Assembly (NCBI GenBank): GCA_965205015.1
Contig: OZ242029.1
Location: 4,224,001 to 4,288,000 of the forward strand
Direction: 5' to 3'
Source of the DNA: Candidatus Poribacteria bacterium
GTDB lineage: Bacteria > Poribacteria > WGA-4E > WGA-3G
Length of the DNA stretch: 64,000 nucleotides
Of this stretch, positions 9,493-19,788 are shown piece by piece. A program made the translations under genes and the position numbers. Under the pieces are notes generated by a model. It had not been told where the DNA came from, ran no database searches, and worked only from the letters and a program-made list of their open reading frames with translations. How positions within the stretch are numbered: the stretch's first letter is position 1; every line of letters starts with the position of its first letter.

Positions 9493-9508
9493 GTCTGTGA
9501 TACGCGGG

Positions 9509-10177
9509 CTACGCCTCCGCTTTGTCTTTTAAGACACCGATATAGAGGCGCGCGGCGAGGATGGCACCGACGAGCGGTCCCACAAAATAGAGCCAGATGT
9601 CCGCATAGTTCCCGCTGACAATGGCGGGTCCCAAGGTCCGTGCGGGGTTCAGTGAAGCCCGGGTCAAGGGTCCCCCCATGACGATACAAAACATCAGCCC
9701 CAACCCGATAGCGAGTCCTGCGAAGTTCCCTGCTTTCCCGCTTACAGCAGTATTGAAAATGGTATTGACGAGGAAGAAGGTGAGTACGATTTCGACGATA
9801 AGTCCTTGTGTTGCAGTAACCGTGAAGGCGCCGCCATTCGCCGCTGTGGTTAGAATCGTCACACCCAGATCGCCAGGATCGGGTAGCACGATATTAAGCA
9901 AAGCTGCCCCCAAAATTCCGCCAAGAAACTGCACAATCCAATAGCCGATCGCTGCGGTGAATTCGATTTCGCCTGCTATCCAGAACGCCAGTGTCACAGC
10001 CGGATTGATGTGTGTGCCGGAGATATGTCCATACGCATAAATAAACGCGATAACGACGAAACCGTGAGCGCATGCTGCCCCAATTAAACCGCCTGCACCT
10101 ATCGCGACTGCGCCTGCACCGATAAAGATCAGCGCGAAGGTACCAACAAATTCGACAATTAAGCTTTTCGTATTCAT
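9509..10177 (-). CDS. MIP-family channel (aquaporin)
   Basis: Two NPA motifs (HINPAVT, SLNPART) and EFVGTF. Confidence 0.95.
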   Translation of the reverse strand: MNTKSLIVEFVGTFALIFIGAGAVAIGAGGLIGAACAHGFVVIAFIYAYGHISGTHINPAVTLAFWIAGEIEFTAAIGYWIVQFLGGILGAALLNIVLPDPGDLGVTILTTAANGGAFTVTATQGLIVEIVLTFFLVNTIFNTAVSGKAGNFAGLAIGLGLMFCIVMGGPLTRASLNPARTLGPAIVSGNYADIWLYFVGPLVGAILAARLYIGVLKDKAEA

Positions 10178-10497
10178 GAAACTCCGCTATGAGTGTCCTC
10201 CTCTAAAATGGCAACATCTGTTGAATTGATACCTTCTCGTTTCGGTTATTCCAGTCGTCCAGTGTTGGAAATAACTTATGTACCGAATCCATTGAAACTC
10301 GATTGTTTCCTAATATGTGCGACGACAAATTTATTATACCTCAATTTTACGTCAAATTTTGGACAATATTATAGCATTTATGTGGCTTTGCCAAAAGCTT
10401 CAGGGGTATCGCGCAGTTAAAATTTCTGGACATTCCACCAATGCTATGCTATGCTAAAAACCACAGAATTTCATAGATATTACACAATAGAGGAGAA

Positions 10498-12063
10498 ATG
10501 ATGGAAACCACCAACGAAGACTACACCTCGCGTGTACCGCATTATACGTTTCCAGACACACTCGAAGAGCAGGAAGCAGCATTAGAGACGAATCCACTGA
10601 TGCAACGGCTCAACGCTTATCGGAAGACGTATGAAGGCGATCCGCACCGTCCGATCTATCACTATATCAACCCCGAAGCGATGCTCAACGATCCGAACGG
10701 TCTCTGTTTCTGGCAGGGACGCTGGCATCTCTTCTATCAGGCATATCCACCTGAGGATACACGGCAGCACTGGGGACATGCCATCAGCGATGACCTCATC
10801 CACTGGCGCGACTTACCCTATGCGATTTATCCGAATCCTGAAAGATGCTGTTTCTCAGGTGCGACGCTTGTGGAGGAAGACCGCGTGATTGCGATGTATC
10901 ACGGAACGGTTGTCGGCAATATGGTAGCGGTGTCAAGCGACCCGTTGCTGCTCAATTGGGAGAAGGTCTCTGGTAAAGCGGTGATCCCATCGCAACACGC
11001 CGACGGCACAACCCCGGTCTATCGCGTTTTCGATCCGTGCATTTGGAAAAAAGATAGCATGTATTACTCACTCTCGGGCGGTACGCTTCCACACGGACCG
11101 GGCGGTAAACGGGTGCGCGCGAATTTCCTGCTCCGCTCAGCAGACCTCGCAAACTGGGTCTACCTACACCCCTTCCTTGAAGATGATATGTACACCTTAG
11201 TCGGCGATGACGGCGCGTGTCCTTATTTTTGGCCCATCGGCGACCGGCACATGCTCCTTTTCTTCAGCCACATGAGCGGCGGTCAGTATCTGCTGGGTGA
11301 TTATGATACCGAACGCGACAAGTTCATCGTCACAGCAGGCGCGAAAAACAATTTCGGTGCGGCATCGCCTGCGGGTGTTCATGCCCCGTCTGCGACGCCT
11401 GATGGTAACGGGGGGCTTATCGTTATCTATAACATGAACCCGGCGAAGCCTACCAAAGGTTGGAATCAGATTATGACGCTGCCGCGCCGCCTGACGCTCC
11501 TTTCCAGAGATGAAGTCGGAGTTGAGCCCGCTGGCGACATTGAATCGTTGCGGTATGCACACCAGCATTTCAATGCGATGACACTCCCCGCAAACGAGGA
11601 GGTCGTGCTGGAGGGCATAAACGGCAACGCCATGGAGCTTGAACTCGAAATCGATCCGAAATCGGCACCGATGGTTGAATTGAACGTCCTCCGATCACCG
11701 CAGAAAGAGGAGTTCACCCGTATCGCCTTCTTCAGAGAACGCGGTATGCGTAACCCGGATATTCCCGATCGCGTTCGCGATAGTTTGCTCACGATTGATT
11801 CATCGTATTCATCGCTTGCCTCGGATGTGCTTTCACGCGCACCGGAAACGGGTGCCGTCTCCATCGCACAAGACGAGACTCTGAAATTACGGGTGTTCGT
11901 TGACAAGAGTGTTGTGGAGGTCTTCGCGAATGGGAAGCAGTGTGTAGCGATGCGCGTTTATCCCGATAAGGAAGAGAGTGTCGGTGTATCACTTCGCTCA
12001 CAGGGACAGTCCTGTGAACTCAAATCCTTAGATGCTTGGCAGATGCAGAACATCTATGAATGA
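10498..12063 (+). CDS. Glycoside hydrolase family 32 protein
   Basis: NDPNG, HLFYQ, WGHA, FSG, FDP motifs; C-terminal DKSVVEVFAN. Confidence 0.88.
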   Translation: MMETTNEDYTSRVPHYTFPDTLEEQEAALETNPLMQRLNAYRKTYEGDPHRPIYHYINPEAMLNDPNGLCFWQGRWHLFYQAYPPEDTRQHWGHAISDDLIHWRDLPYAIYPNPERCCFSGATLVEEDRVIAMYHGTVVGNMVAVSSDPLLLNWEKVSGKAVIPSQHADGTTPVYRVFDPCIWKKDSMYYSLSGGTLPHGPGGKRVRANFLLRSADLANWVYLHPFLEDDMYTLVGDDGACPYFWPIGDRHMLLFFSHMSGGQYLLGDYDTERDKFIVTAGAKNNFGAASPAGVHAPSATPDGNGGLIVIYNMNPAKPTKGWNQIMTLPRRLTLLSRDEVGVEPAGDIESLRYAHQHFNAMTLPANEEVVLEGINGNAMELELEIDPKSAPMVELNVLRSPQKEEFTRIAFFRERGMRNPDIPDRVRDSLLTIDSSYSSLASDVLSRAPETGAVSIAQDETLKLRVFVDKSVVEVFANGKQCVAMRVYPDKEESVGVSLRSQGQSCELKSLDAWQMQNIYE

Positions 12064-12075
12064 GGGTGATTTGAC

Positions 12076-13698
12076 ATGGCAGATAGATGGGAACGGTTGA
12101 AAGGTAACACCTATCCGGATACAGAGGCGGAACAACTCGCTGCCCTTGAAACGGACGAGACGGTGCGCGACTACAAGAAACGGAGAGAAGCGTGGGCATC
12201 AGATCCCTACCGTCCCATTTATCACATGTCCTCTCTCTACGGCATGGGGGATGCGAACGGGCTTTGCGAGTGGCAGGGTAGGTATCATCTGTTTTATCAA
12301 TTCGGTCCCCCAGATGCTAATCGGGTACACTGGGGACACTGTTATAGCGAAGATCTGGTGCACTGGCAGGATCTCCCACCCGCGTTGTATCCAGATACCG
12401 AACTCCACTGCTTTAGTGGTCAGTGCCTCGTGGAAGATGAACGGGTTGTTGCCATCTATCACGGCAAGATGTCGGGGAATAGCATCGCCACTGCCAGCGA
12501 TCCACTCCTACTTAACTGGGAAAAGCATCCGAATAACCCAGTCATTCCAAATGTTGAAACGAACGCATACGAGCAACCCTACAACGTCTTCGATCCATGC
12601 ATCTGGAAAGAGGAGGACGGATATTATTCGATCTCAGGAACATCGACGAACGGTTGGATTCGTGAACGGCGCAGATCCGCGTCCCACCTCTTTTATTCAA
12701 AGGATTTAACGCATTGGGAATATCTCCATCCGTTGTTGATTGATGATGTCTTCTGTGACTTGGGTGAAGACGGGGCGGTGCCGAATTTCCTGCCCATCGG
12801 CAACGGTAAACACATCCTACTTCTTTTCAGTCATAAACGTTCGGCGCGCTACTACATCGGTGAATACGACTACGGAACACATAAATTTACGCCTGAATAC
12901 CACGGTAGGATCAACCACGGCACCTTCGGTGGCGGGATGGTCTCCTGCCCCTCTGCGACAATAGACACCCGCGGTCGCCTCATCGCCATTTTAAATTGCT
13001 CCGACGGAAGACAGAGCGAAGAAGCGGCGTCGGGATTGTGTATGACGCTCCCGTGGCATCTCACGCTGAAAGCGGACAACGCGTTGGCGATGGAGCCGGT
13101 GGAAGAGGTGAAAAGTTTACGCGCGACACACACTCGCCTCACCGATATTGCACTGTCGGCAAATGCGGAACGTATCCTGGACACTGTAGCCGGCAAAGCG
13201 ATTGAGATAGACATGACCGTTGACATCGGAACGGCAAGGGAATTTGGTTTGTATGTGTTCCGATCCCCAGACGGTAGTGAACGGACAAAAATCTCTATCT
13301 ACAACCACAGACACGGCAAGACCAACGATAGTCTACAGATCGACACCTCTTATTCCTCCCTACGGACAGACCTTGTCGGTAAACCACCTGAAATCGCGCC
13401 GTTCCGTCTGAGCAGCGACGGGAAAGTCCGACTCCGCATCTTCCTTGATCGGAGTCTCATTGAAGTCTTTGCTGACAACGGGGAATGTCTCCCAGAATGG
13501 GCGTTTCCTCGAAAAGGCATCGACAAACTCTTTCCACTGTTCTCGCGGCAGTGCGTCGTTGCCCGCGTCTATCCATCGCAAGAAGAGAGCAACGGACTCT
13601 CGCTTTTTGCCATCGGTGGGGAAGCGAAGGTCGTTTCGATGGACGTGTGGCAGATGCGTTCCATCTGGCAGGAGTTGAAGTATCGGGAAGGGGAGTAG
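12076..13698 (+). CDS. Glycoside hydrolase family 32 protein (tandem paralog)
   Basis: DANG, HLFYQ, WGH, FDP, DRSLIEVFA. Confidence 0.85.
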   Translation: MADRWERLKGNTYPDTEAEQLAALETDETVRDYKKRREAWASDPYRPIYHMSSLYGMGDANGLCEWQGRYHLFYQFGPPDANRVHWGHCYSEDLVHWQDLPPALYPDTELHCFSGQCLVEDERVVAIYHGKMSGNSIATASDPLLLNWEKHPNNPVIPNVETNAYEQPYNVFDPCIWKEEDGYYSISGTSTNGWIRERRRSASHLFYSKDLTHWEYLHPLLIDDVFCDLGEDGAVPNFLPIGNGKHILLLFSHKRSARYYIGEYDYGTHKFTPEYHGRINHGTFGGGMVSCPSATIDTRGRLIAILNCSDGRQSEEAASGLCMTLPWHLTLKADNALAMEPVEEVKSLRATHTRLTDIALSANAERILDTVAGKAIEIDMTVDIGTAREFGLYVFRSPDGSERTKISIYNHRHGKTNDSLQIDTSYSSLRTDLVGKPPEIAPFRLSSDGKVRLRIFLDRSLIEVFADNGECLPEWAFPRKGIDKLFPLFSRQCVVARVYPSQEESNGLSLFAIGGEAKVVSMDVWQMRSIWQELKYREGE

Positions 13699-13848
13699 TG
13701 CGTGTTGGCCAGGAATAGCCCGGTAAAAACGCAGAAACGTTTGACGCTGCTTGGTAAATTCTGATAAACTTTACAGTAAAGCTGCGGGAATCACTGCGCG
13801 CCCGCTTCGTTGACGGTCTCAGTATATTGCAAAGAAGGAGGAAAAACT

Positions 13849-14154
13849 GTGTCAGTTACAACAAAAAAATGGATAATGAATACCGTCGAGAAATTATCCG
13901 CTTCGGAAATTGAGGAATTGAAGCGTTACTTGGAATACCTCGTCTGGAAATCAGAAATTCCAACAAAAAGTTCCGGGAATCCTCAAGATTCGCCAAAACC
14001 TGAACCAACAGGTCAACCTTCACAAGTCTTAGCAGCCATTAACAGATCAGATCAAGTGTCAATAGAAGATGCCGAAGCCTTGCTTCAATCCATTAAAGAT
14101 GGAGAAATCCCAATGCGTTTTGATTCTGTTTTCGTCGAGTCAAAAGGTGAATAG
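13849..14154 (+). CDS. Hypothetical protein, probable antitoxin of the adjacent vapC remnant
   Basis: AGGAGG before GTG; LSASEIEELKRYLEYL antitoxin-like N-terminus; stop lies 3 nt before the vapC-like start. Confidence 0.5.
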   Translation: MSVTTKKWIMNTVEKLSASEIEELKRYLEYLVWKSEIPTKSSGNPQDSPKPEPTGQPSQVLAAINRSDQVSIEDAEALLQSIKDGEIPMRFDSVFVESKGE

Positions 14155-14157
14155 CCG

Positions 14158-14264
14158 ATGAACTATCTTTTGCTATGGCACTTGATGCGATTTTGGTCAC
14201 TGCTGACTCAGATTTTCAGAGGATTGCTGAATTCGGATTACAACTGGAAGATTGGACAAATTGA
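14158..14264 (+). pseudogene. Internally deleted PIN/VapC toxin
   Basis: MNYLL (PIN-type start) joined out of frame to AMALDAILVTADSDFQRIAEFGLQLEDWTN* (PIN-type C-terminus). Confidence 0.7.
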
Positions 14265-14389
14265 TCTGGGCAGATATGGACCCTTTGAGAATTTACTTCA
14301 ATTAGACAGGGGACGCGGAATAGGTGTAGCCAAAGGATCACAATGGATGTTGGTTAAAATTTCAGCCAGGTTTTGCAAGGAAACAACTT

Positions 14390-15289
14390 ATGGCATTTTA
14401 TTTTACTGTTATTTTCATCGTCTATATCTTATTTCTGTCAACCCAATTGACTGCAACAGGGCAAAGCGTGAAAATTCCTGAACCTATATCTCCAACAGTT
14501 CCTGTTCGCAAGACTTTTAACTTAGACTCGTTTTACACACAGTGGATTGATGTAGAGGGATTGCCTGTTGTCGCATCAGCGAAGGTGAACCCATATGCCG
14601 TGAAGGAAGCGGCATGGCTGATCCGTCAGATGATCGGACATCGCCAAGATGTATTACAGGCACTCGCAGAAAACAACGTACGTTTTGCCGTAATGGCATA
14701 TAACGAACTGACCACCCAGATTCCGGAACACAGCGACTTGGAGCCAACTATCTATTGGGACCGGCGAGCACGCGGTTTGGGTTCCACGCCAGCGAGACCT
14801 GCTGTCAGTTGTGGCGAGGAAAATCTGCTTAATTACCAAGGCGATCCGTATTCGACTGAAAATATTCTGGTTCACGAATTCGCGCATGCCATCCACCAGA
14901 TGGGATTGAATACAGTGGATCCCAGTTTTGACGATCGCCTTAAGGTGGCATTTGAAGCGGCAGTCGAGAAGGAACTTTGGAAGGACACTTACGCCATTAC
15001 AAACAAAGCGGAGTACTGGGCTGAAGGCACACAATCTTGGTTCGATACCAATCGGGCAAATGACGACCAACACAACCATGTTGATACCCGCGATAAGCTG
15101 AAGAAATACGACCCCGCACTTGCCACACTACTCACCGAGGTTTTTGGGGATACGGACTGGCGATACACACAGGCGGTAACCCGCACCCATTTCTCACATC
15201 TCCAAGGGTTCAATCCTGAAAAGTCTCCAAAGTTTGAATGGTCCCCTGAATTGATTGAATACGATCTCAGGAGAAATATAGATGAATGA
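14390..15289 (+). CDS. Secreted zincin metallopeptidase-like protein
   Basis: Hydrophobic N-terminus; HEFAH and downstream EYWAEG. Confidence 0.75.
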   Translation: MAFYFTVIFIVYILFLSTQLTATGQSVKIPEPISPTVPVRKTFNLDSFYTQWIDVEGLPVVASAKVNPYAVKEAAWLIRQMIGHRQDVLQALAENNVRFAVMAYNELTTQIPEHSDLEPTIYWDRRARGLGSTPARPAVSCGEENLLNYQGDPYSTENILVHEFAHAIHQMGLNTVDPSFDDRLKVAFEAAVEKELWKDTYAITNKAEYWAEGTQSWFDTNRANDDQHNHVDTRDKLKKYDPALATLLTEVFGDTDWRYTQAVTRTHFSHLQGFNPEKSPKFEWSPELIEYDLRRNIDE

Positions 15290-15911
15290 AGTTGTCCAAA
15301 AGGTTACGGCATTTATCGTCCGTGAACGGGGTGGTGTCAAGGAGTTACTCGTGTTTAAACATCCGACTGCGGGGGTTCAAATTCCGGCAGGCACTGTCGA
15401 AAAAGATGAAGATATTGAAACCGCTGTAAAGAGGGAAACTTATGAGGAAACAGGCTTACAGTTTGTAGAAATTGAAAACTATCTGGGTTGTTTTGAGAAT
15501 GAATTGGAAAAGAACCAAAGAATCATAGCGGAAACAACCCGAGTCTATATCGAACCCAACTTAACTGCAATTCCCTACAAGCGAAGACTGCCCAAGGGGC
15601 TTACCGTTGATTACCTCTCCACACACGCGGATTTCACACGCATTTCGTACATTGAATATGAATATGACCAATTCCACAAGCCCATACGTATTGACGCTAA
15701 CATTACAGGGTGGGTGCCGAATGAAAACTTAAGGGCGCAGAAGAAAAGACATTTTTTCCTTCTGTCTACGCAAGAGGAAACAGCAGATGTGTGGGAATTG
15801 AAGAGTGATCAAGGACACATTTTCAACCCGTATTGGACACCGCTTTCACCGAAACCTCAAATTATACCACCACAAAATAAGTGGCTTGATTTCGTCTACG
15901 AGAAAATCTGA
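15282..15911 (+). CDS. NUDIX hydrolase
   Basis: Nudix box PAGTVEKDEDIETAVKRETYEETGL. Confidence 0.88.
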   Translation: MNEVVQKVTAFIVRERGGVKELLVFKHPTAGVQIPAGTVEKDEDIETAVKRETYEETGLQFVEIENYLGCFENELEKNQRIIAETTRVYIEPNLTAIPYKRRLPKGLTVDYLSTHADFTRISYIEYEYDQFHKPIRIDANITGWVPNENLRAQKKRHFFLLSTQEETADVWELKSDQGHIFNPYWTPLSPKPQIIPPQNKWLDFVYEKI

Positions 15912-16008
15912 ACTGTGGTAAAATAGGAATTAAAATAAGCTGCTATACTCATTTTGTAACTTTACTCTTCTGATTGAAAGTTTTCAACCCGAAGGAGGTA
16001 GGATAATT

Positions 16009-17160
16009 GTGGAACGTATCAGACTAACTTCATTAGGACAAATCACGGAAGCCGATATCTCCTTTGGGGATCTAACAGTGTTTGTGGGGGAACAAGCGAG
16101 TGGAAAGAGCATTCTGCTCCAACTTGTGAAGTTAATTTTAGACGCGGGCGATATTACGCGAACTCTCAAAAAACACGGTTTTGACTGGCAGAAAACAATT
16201 GATAATTTTTTGTCCCTTTATTTTGGTGAGGGGATGCAGACGATTTGGAACAAGGATGAGACGAAGGTCATCGTTGATAAAGTGGATTTTACACCCCGAA
16301 AGGCGTTGGCAAAGCGAAAGAAAGATGAGAACCTCTTTTTGATACCAGCGCATCGAGTTATAACGCTGAAAGATGGATGGCCACGTGCGTTTACAGACTA
16401 TGCTATAAGCGATCCGTATGTAGTTAAGGAATTCAGCGAGGAATTGCGCTTATTGATGGAAAAAGGTTTAGGTTCAGGGGGAAGGGCTATATTTCCACAG
16501 GAAGGTCGCATGAATAAAACGCTCCGAGACGCGATCGGAAAAAGCATCTTTGGAGACGCTGAAATTAGATTGGATAGGTCCGGATTACGTAAACGCATCG
16601 TCTTAGATATTGCAGGCACTCAACTCCCATTCATGACTTGGTCAACTGGACAGAGAGAATTCGCGCCTCTCCTATTGGGACTGTATTGGTTAATGCCTTC
16701 TGGGAAAGTACAAAAAAAAGATAACATCAACTGGGTTATTATTGAAGAACCAGAAATGGGCTTACACCCCCAAGCGATCTCAGCATTACTTCTTGTTTTT
16801 TTGGAGCTTCTAAGGCGAGGCTACAAAGTTATCGTTTCTACGCATTCATCCCAAATTTTAGAACTTATTTGGGCAATTCAACTTATTGCTAAATCGAAAA
16901 CCGCGCCAGCACGGTTAAAACAATTGTTGGATTTGAAAGCGAGTGCCTATTCCAGGGACCTCACGGAGACAATTTTGGATGAAAAAACATTTAAAACTTA
17001 TTATTTCTCTCGACAAAAGAATATTGTGAACGTCAAAGACATTTCAACGTTAGATGCTGAGGACCCCGATGAAGCAGTATCGGATTGGGGAGGGCTTACA
17101 CTATTTAGCACTAAAACGGCTGATGTTGTCACGGAAGCTATGTGGGAGAGTGATCTTTGA
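16009..17160 (+). CDS. ABC-type ATPase (AAA_15/AAA_21-like, no membrane partner)
   Basis: Walker A GEQASGKS, signature STGQ, Walker B IIEEPE-GLHP, H-loop STHS. Confidence 0.85.
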   Translation: MERIRLTSLGQITEADISFGDLTVFVGEQASGKSILLQLVKLILDAGDITRTLKKHGFDWQKTIDNFLSLYFGEGMQTIWNKDETKVIVDKVDFTPRKALAKRKKDENLFLIPAHRVITLKDGWPRAFTDYAISDPYVVKEFSEELRLLMEKGLGSGGRAIFPQEGRMNKTLRDAIGKSIFGDAEIRLDRSGLRKRIVLDIAGTQLPFMTWSTGQREFAPLLLGLYWLMPSGKVQKKDNINWVIIEEPEMGLHPQAISALLLVFLELLRRGYKVIVSTHSSQILELIWAIQLIAKSKTAPARLKQLLDLKASAYSRDLTETILDEKTFKTYYFSRQKNIVNVKDISTLDAEDPDEAVSDWGGLTLFSTKTADVVTEAMWESDL

Positions 17161-17618
17161 ATTTTACCGAGGCCATTCAGAATGTTCCAGAGCTTGCCAG
17201 ATGTCTGGAAAATGGGTTACAAGCATTGGAGCGGCGAGATAGAAATAAAATCAACGTGAATGTATCTCGTGATCTAAAAGGTAGCGTTTATATAGACAAA
17301 TGTCTTGAAAGGCATTATCCGAATGCCCCTCGCTGGGATTACGTGTTTGGCTATAAAGACCGGATTTATTATGTTGAAGTTCATCCTGCGGACAATACGC
17401 GTAAGGTAAGGGAAGTCACTGCGAAATTAAGGTGGTTAAAGCAGTGGCGTGAAAGGTCAGCACAACGCTTTGAAGATTGGGAGGGGCAGAGTACTTACCA
17501 TTGGATTTCCACTGGAAGAACTCTATCAAGCATAAAAAGAGGTAAATACCTTCAGATATTGGCGCAAAATGGGATCCGTGGACCAGATTCCGTGTTGAAC
17601 GCGGATGCTGTTTTGTGA
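17157..17618 (+). CDS. Hypothetical protein coupled to the ATPase, possible PD-(D/E)xK-like nuclease
   Basis: 4-nt overlap with the ATPase stop; RWDY...YYVEVH pattern. Confidence 0.55.
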   Translation: MNFTEAIQNVPELARCLENGLQALERRDRNKINVNVSRDLKGSVYIDKCLERHYPNAPRWDYVFGYKDRIYYVEVHPADNTRKVREVTAKLRWLKQWRERSAQRFEDWEGQSTYHWISTGRTLSSIKRGKYLQILAQNGIRGPDSVLNADAVL

Positions 17619-17647
17619 ACATACCGCTACCGAAAAAGGAGAAAAAG

Positions 17648-18751
17648 ATGACAACGTATCGAGCAGGTGTAATTGGTTTAGGACGTATGGGGAGCACCTT
17701 TGATGACGAAATCACACAGGGTGGATCGATCTTTCTGCCCTATTGCCACGGTCCAACCTACCACGCTGCCCCGAATGTAGAACTGGCGGCGGGTGCCGAT
17801 CTGCACGCCGAACAGGCAGCGATCTTCGGTGAACGGTGGGGACTCGGTTCTGACCATATCTACAGTGATTATCGCGAAATGCTGGAGAAGGAAAATCTCG
17901 ACATCGTCAGTGTCTGCACGACGGCACGGATACGGTCGACTATTGTGCAAGATGTGGCACGCTCCAGTGTTAGGGCAATCTGGGCGGAAAAACCGATTGC
18001 GCTCAGCCTCGCCGAGGCGGATGCGATGGTGGACACTTGTCGAGATGAAGGCGTCGCACTGGCGATCAATTGTGCGCGACGCTGGAATCCGTTCTTTAGT
18101 GAAGCCCGCAAACTTATTGACGAAGGTGAAATCGGTGATGTGCTTCAGGTAACAGTCTATGCACAGTGCGGGCTATCACACAACGGCAGCCATGCTATTG
18201 ACATCTTGCGTTACATGGCAGGCGGAAATGTGGAATGGGTTTTCGGAGAGATGGAGTCCGATGAAGTCGCCGCCGGTGAAAGTGACCCGCAGGGAAACGG
18301 CTACCTCGTTTTTGATAATGGGGTGCGTGCGTATCTGAGAAGCACGTCGTGTGGTGCGGCACCATGGGAGGTCGATGTCATCGGCACAACCGGACGTATC
18401 CGTTCTGTTAACAATGCCGAAACTTTCGAGTTGATTCGTGTGATTCCCGGTGGACGGCGCGGACGCGGGGTGCCTGCACAATGTCCATTCCCGATTCCCG
18501 TGCGGATGCAAGGGATGGGACTCACAATCGTTGAGGATCTCATTAGCGCCATTGAGAATGGGACTTCCCCGAAGTGTTCGGGAGAAGATGGACGTGCTGC
18601 GTTAGAGGTAGCGGTCGCACTTCGGGAGTCGCATCGCCGTGGTGGTGTAAAAGTGGAGCTACCGGTTGAAGACCGGAGCCTCCGGATTCTTTCCTCGGAG
18701 ATTCAGAACGACGATACGCCCGCCCGAATTCGGAGATTACAAGCGCGTTGA
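17648..18751 (+). CDS. Gfo/Idh/MocA oxidoreductase
   Basis: GVIGLGRMG, EKPIA, GSHAID. Confidence 0.92.
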   Translation: MTTYRAGVIGLGRMGSTFDDEITQGGSIFLPYCHGPTYHAAPNVELAAGADLHAEQAAIFGERWGLGSDHIYSDYREMLEKENLDIVSVCTTARIRSTIVQDVARSSVRAIWAEKPIALSLAEADAMVDTCRDEGVALAINCARRWNPFFSEARKLIDEGEIGDVLQVTVYAQCGLSHNGSHAIDILRYMAGGNVEWVFGEMESDEVAAGESDPQGNGYLVFDNGVRAYLRSTSCGAAPWEVDVIGTTGRIRSVNNAETFELIRVIPGGRRGRGVPAQCPFPIPVRMQGMGLTIVEDLISAIENGTSPKCSGEDGRAALEVAVALRESHRRGGVKVELPVEDRSLRILSSEIQNDDTPARIRRLQAR

Positions 18752-18933
18752 TGGCAGGTGTCGATTTGTTTGTTAGGTATACATAAAAAATCAGATCCGT
18801 AGCCTGCAACAATACGCAGAAATACTTTCTTCGCATTGGATTTTAGCGTTTGCAAAAACACGCAGGCGGGTCCTGAGGAAGGCACATTGAAATCTAAACT
18901 CGCGTCGTTCTCCCGCAAGGTATAATTAAAAAT

Positions 18934-19746
18934 ATGAAGTCAGCAGATTATGCGTTTTTTAAAGAAAATGGCTATGTCTCGCTCGGTAAGATTCTGAGCG
19001 ATGCAGAGGTTGCGCGTTTCGTTCATACTTTTGACCGGGACCGCACTGAGGTTGAAGATCACTGGTATCGTATCGGACATTACCAGACTGTGAATTGCGA
19101 TGCCCTTTTGACTTCACCTGAATTCGACACTGTGATTCGGCATCCGATCGTCATGGATTGCTTACATACACTGATGGGCAATGCCCCGTGCTTTTCAGAA
19201 GTCTGCATCCGGCACATGGCACCCTACGAGGGTGAACTGAATCGCGGCTGGCATCGAGATGGTCCCAGGCACTGGCTTGAACATCCATTGCGCATCGGGT
19301 TCATACAGTTGATGTTGTATCTGACCGATGTTGATGAAACAACACACTGTTTCTCCTTATCACCGGAATCAGTGGAAGCTGAAATTCTCGAAACGGATGC
19401 CCAGTTGGAGCGCGGTGGAGTTGTCGATCTGTACGGTCCCGCTGGGACAGCCATACTCTTCAACATCGGTGTTTTACATACCGCTACGACCCGTCCCACG
19501 CAGGAAGAACGCAAGACGGTGCAAGTCTATTACGGGCATCCGAACCGTCGGTACTTGAGCGAGGATTCGATCATACCTGTTGAATTGTGGCGAGACCATC
19601 CCGACCCTGAAGTGCGTGCCTTTTATGGTGTGCTCAACGACAAGACGCGCGACTACCTCGAACACACGGCTTCAACGGGTGAACTGCCGTTTGAGGACAC
19701 TTTGGCACTCCTTCGCGAACTGGATGTCAAGCACCGCAAGCGATAG
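18934..19746 (+). CDS. PhyH-family Fe(II)/2-oxoglutarate dioxygenase
   Basis: FKENGY, WHRD, YLTDV, distal LHT. Confidence 0.85.
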   Translation: MKSADYAFFKENGYVSLGKILSDAEVARFVHTFDRDRTEVEDHWYRIGHYQTVNCDALLTSPEFDTVIRHPIVMDCLHTLMGNAPCFSEVCIRHMAPYEGELNRGWHRDGPRHWLEHPLRIGFIQLMLYLTDVDETTHCFSLSPESVEAEILETDAQLERGGVVDLYGPAGTAILFNIGVLHTATTRPTQEERKTVQVYYGHPNRRYLSEDSIIPVELWRDHPDPEVRAFYGVLNDKTRDYLEHTASTGELPFEDTLALLRELDVKHRKR

Positions 19747-19788
19747 GAATGACAGATCGCTTTAGTTGCGGTTGAGGACTATTATCGC

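Noticed and set aside
14158-14481. 107-aa ORF as a real protein
   Set aside because: Better explained as frameshifted read-through of a deleted vapC, and it overlaps the next gene.
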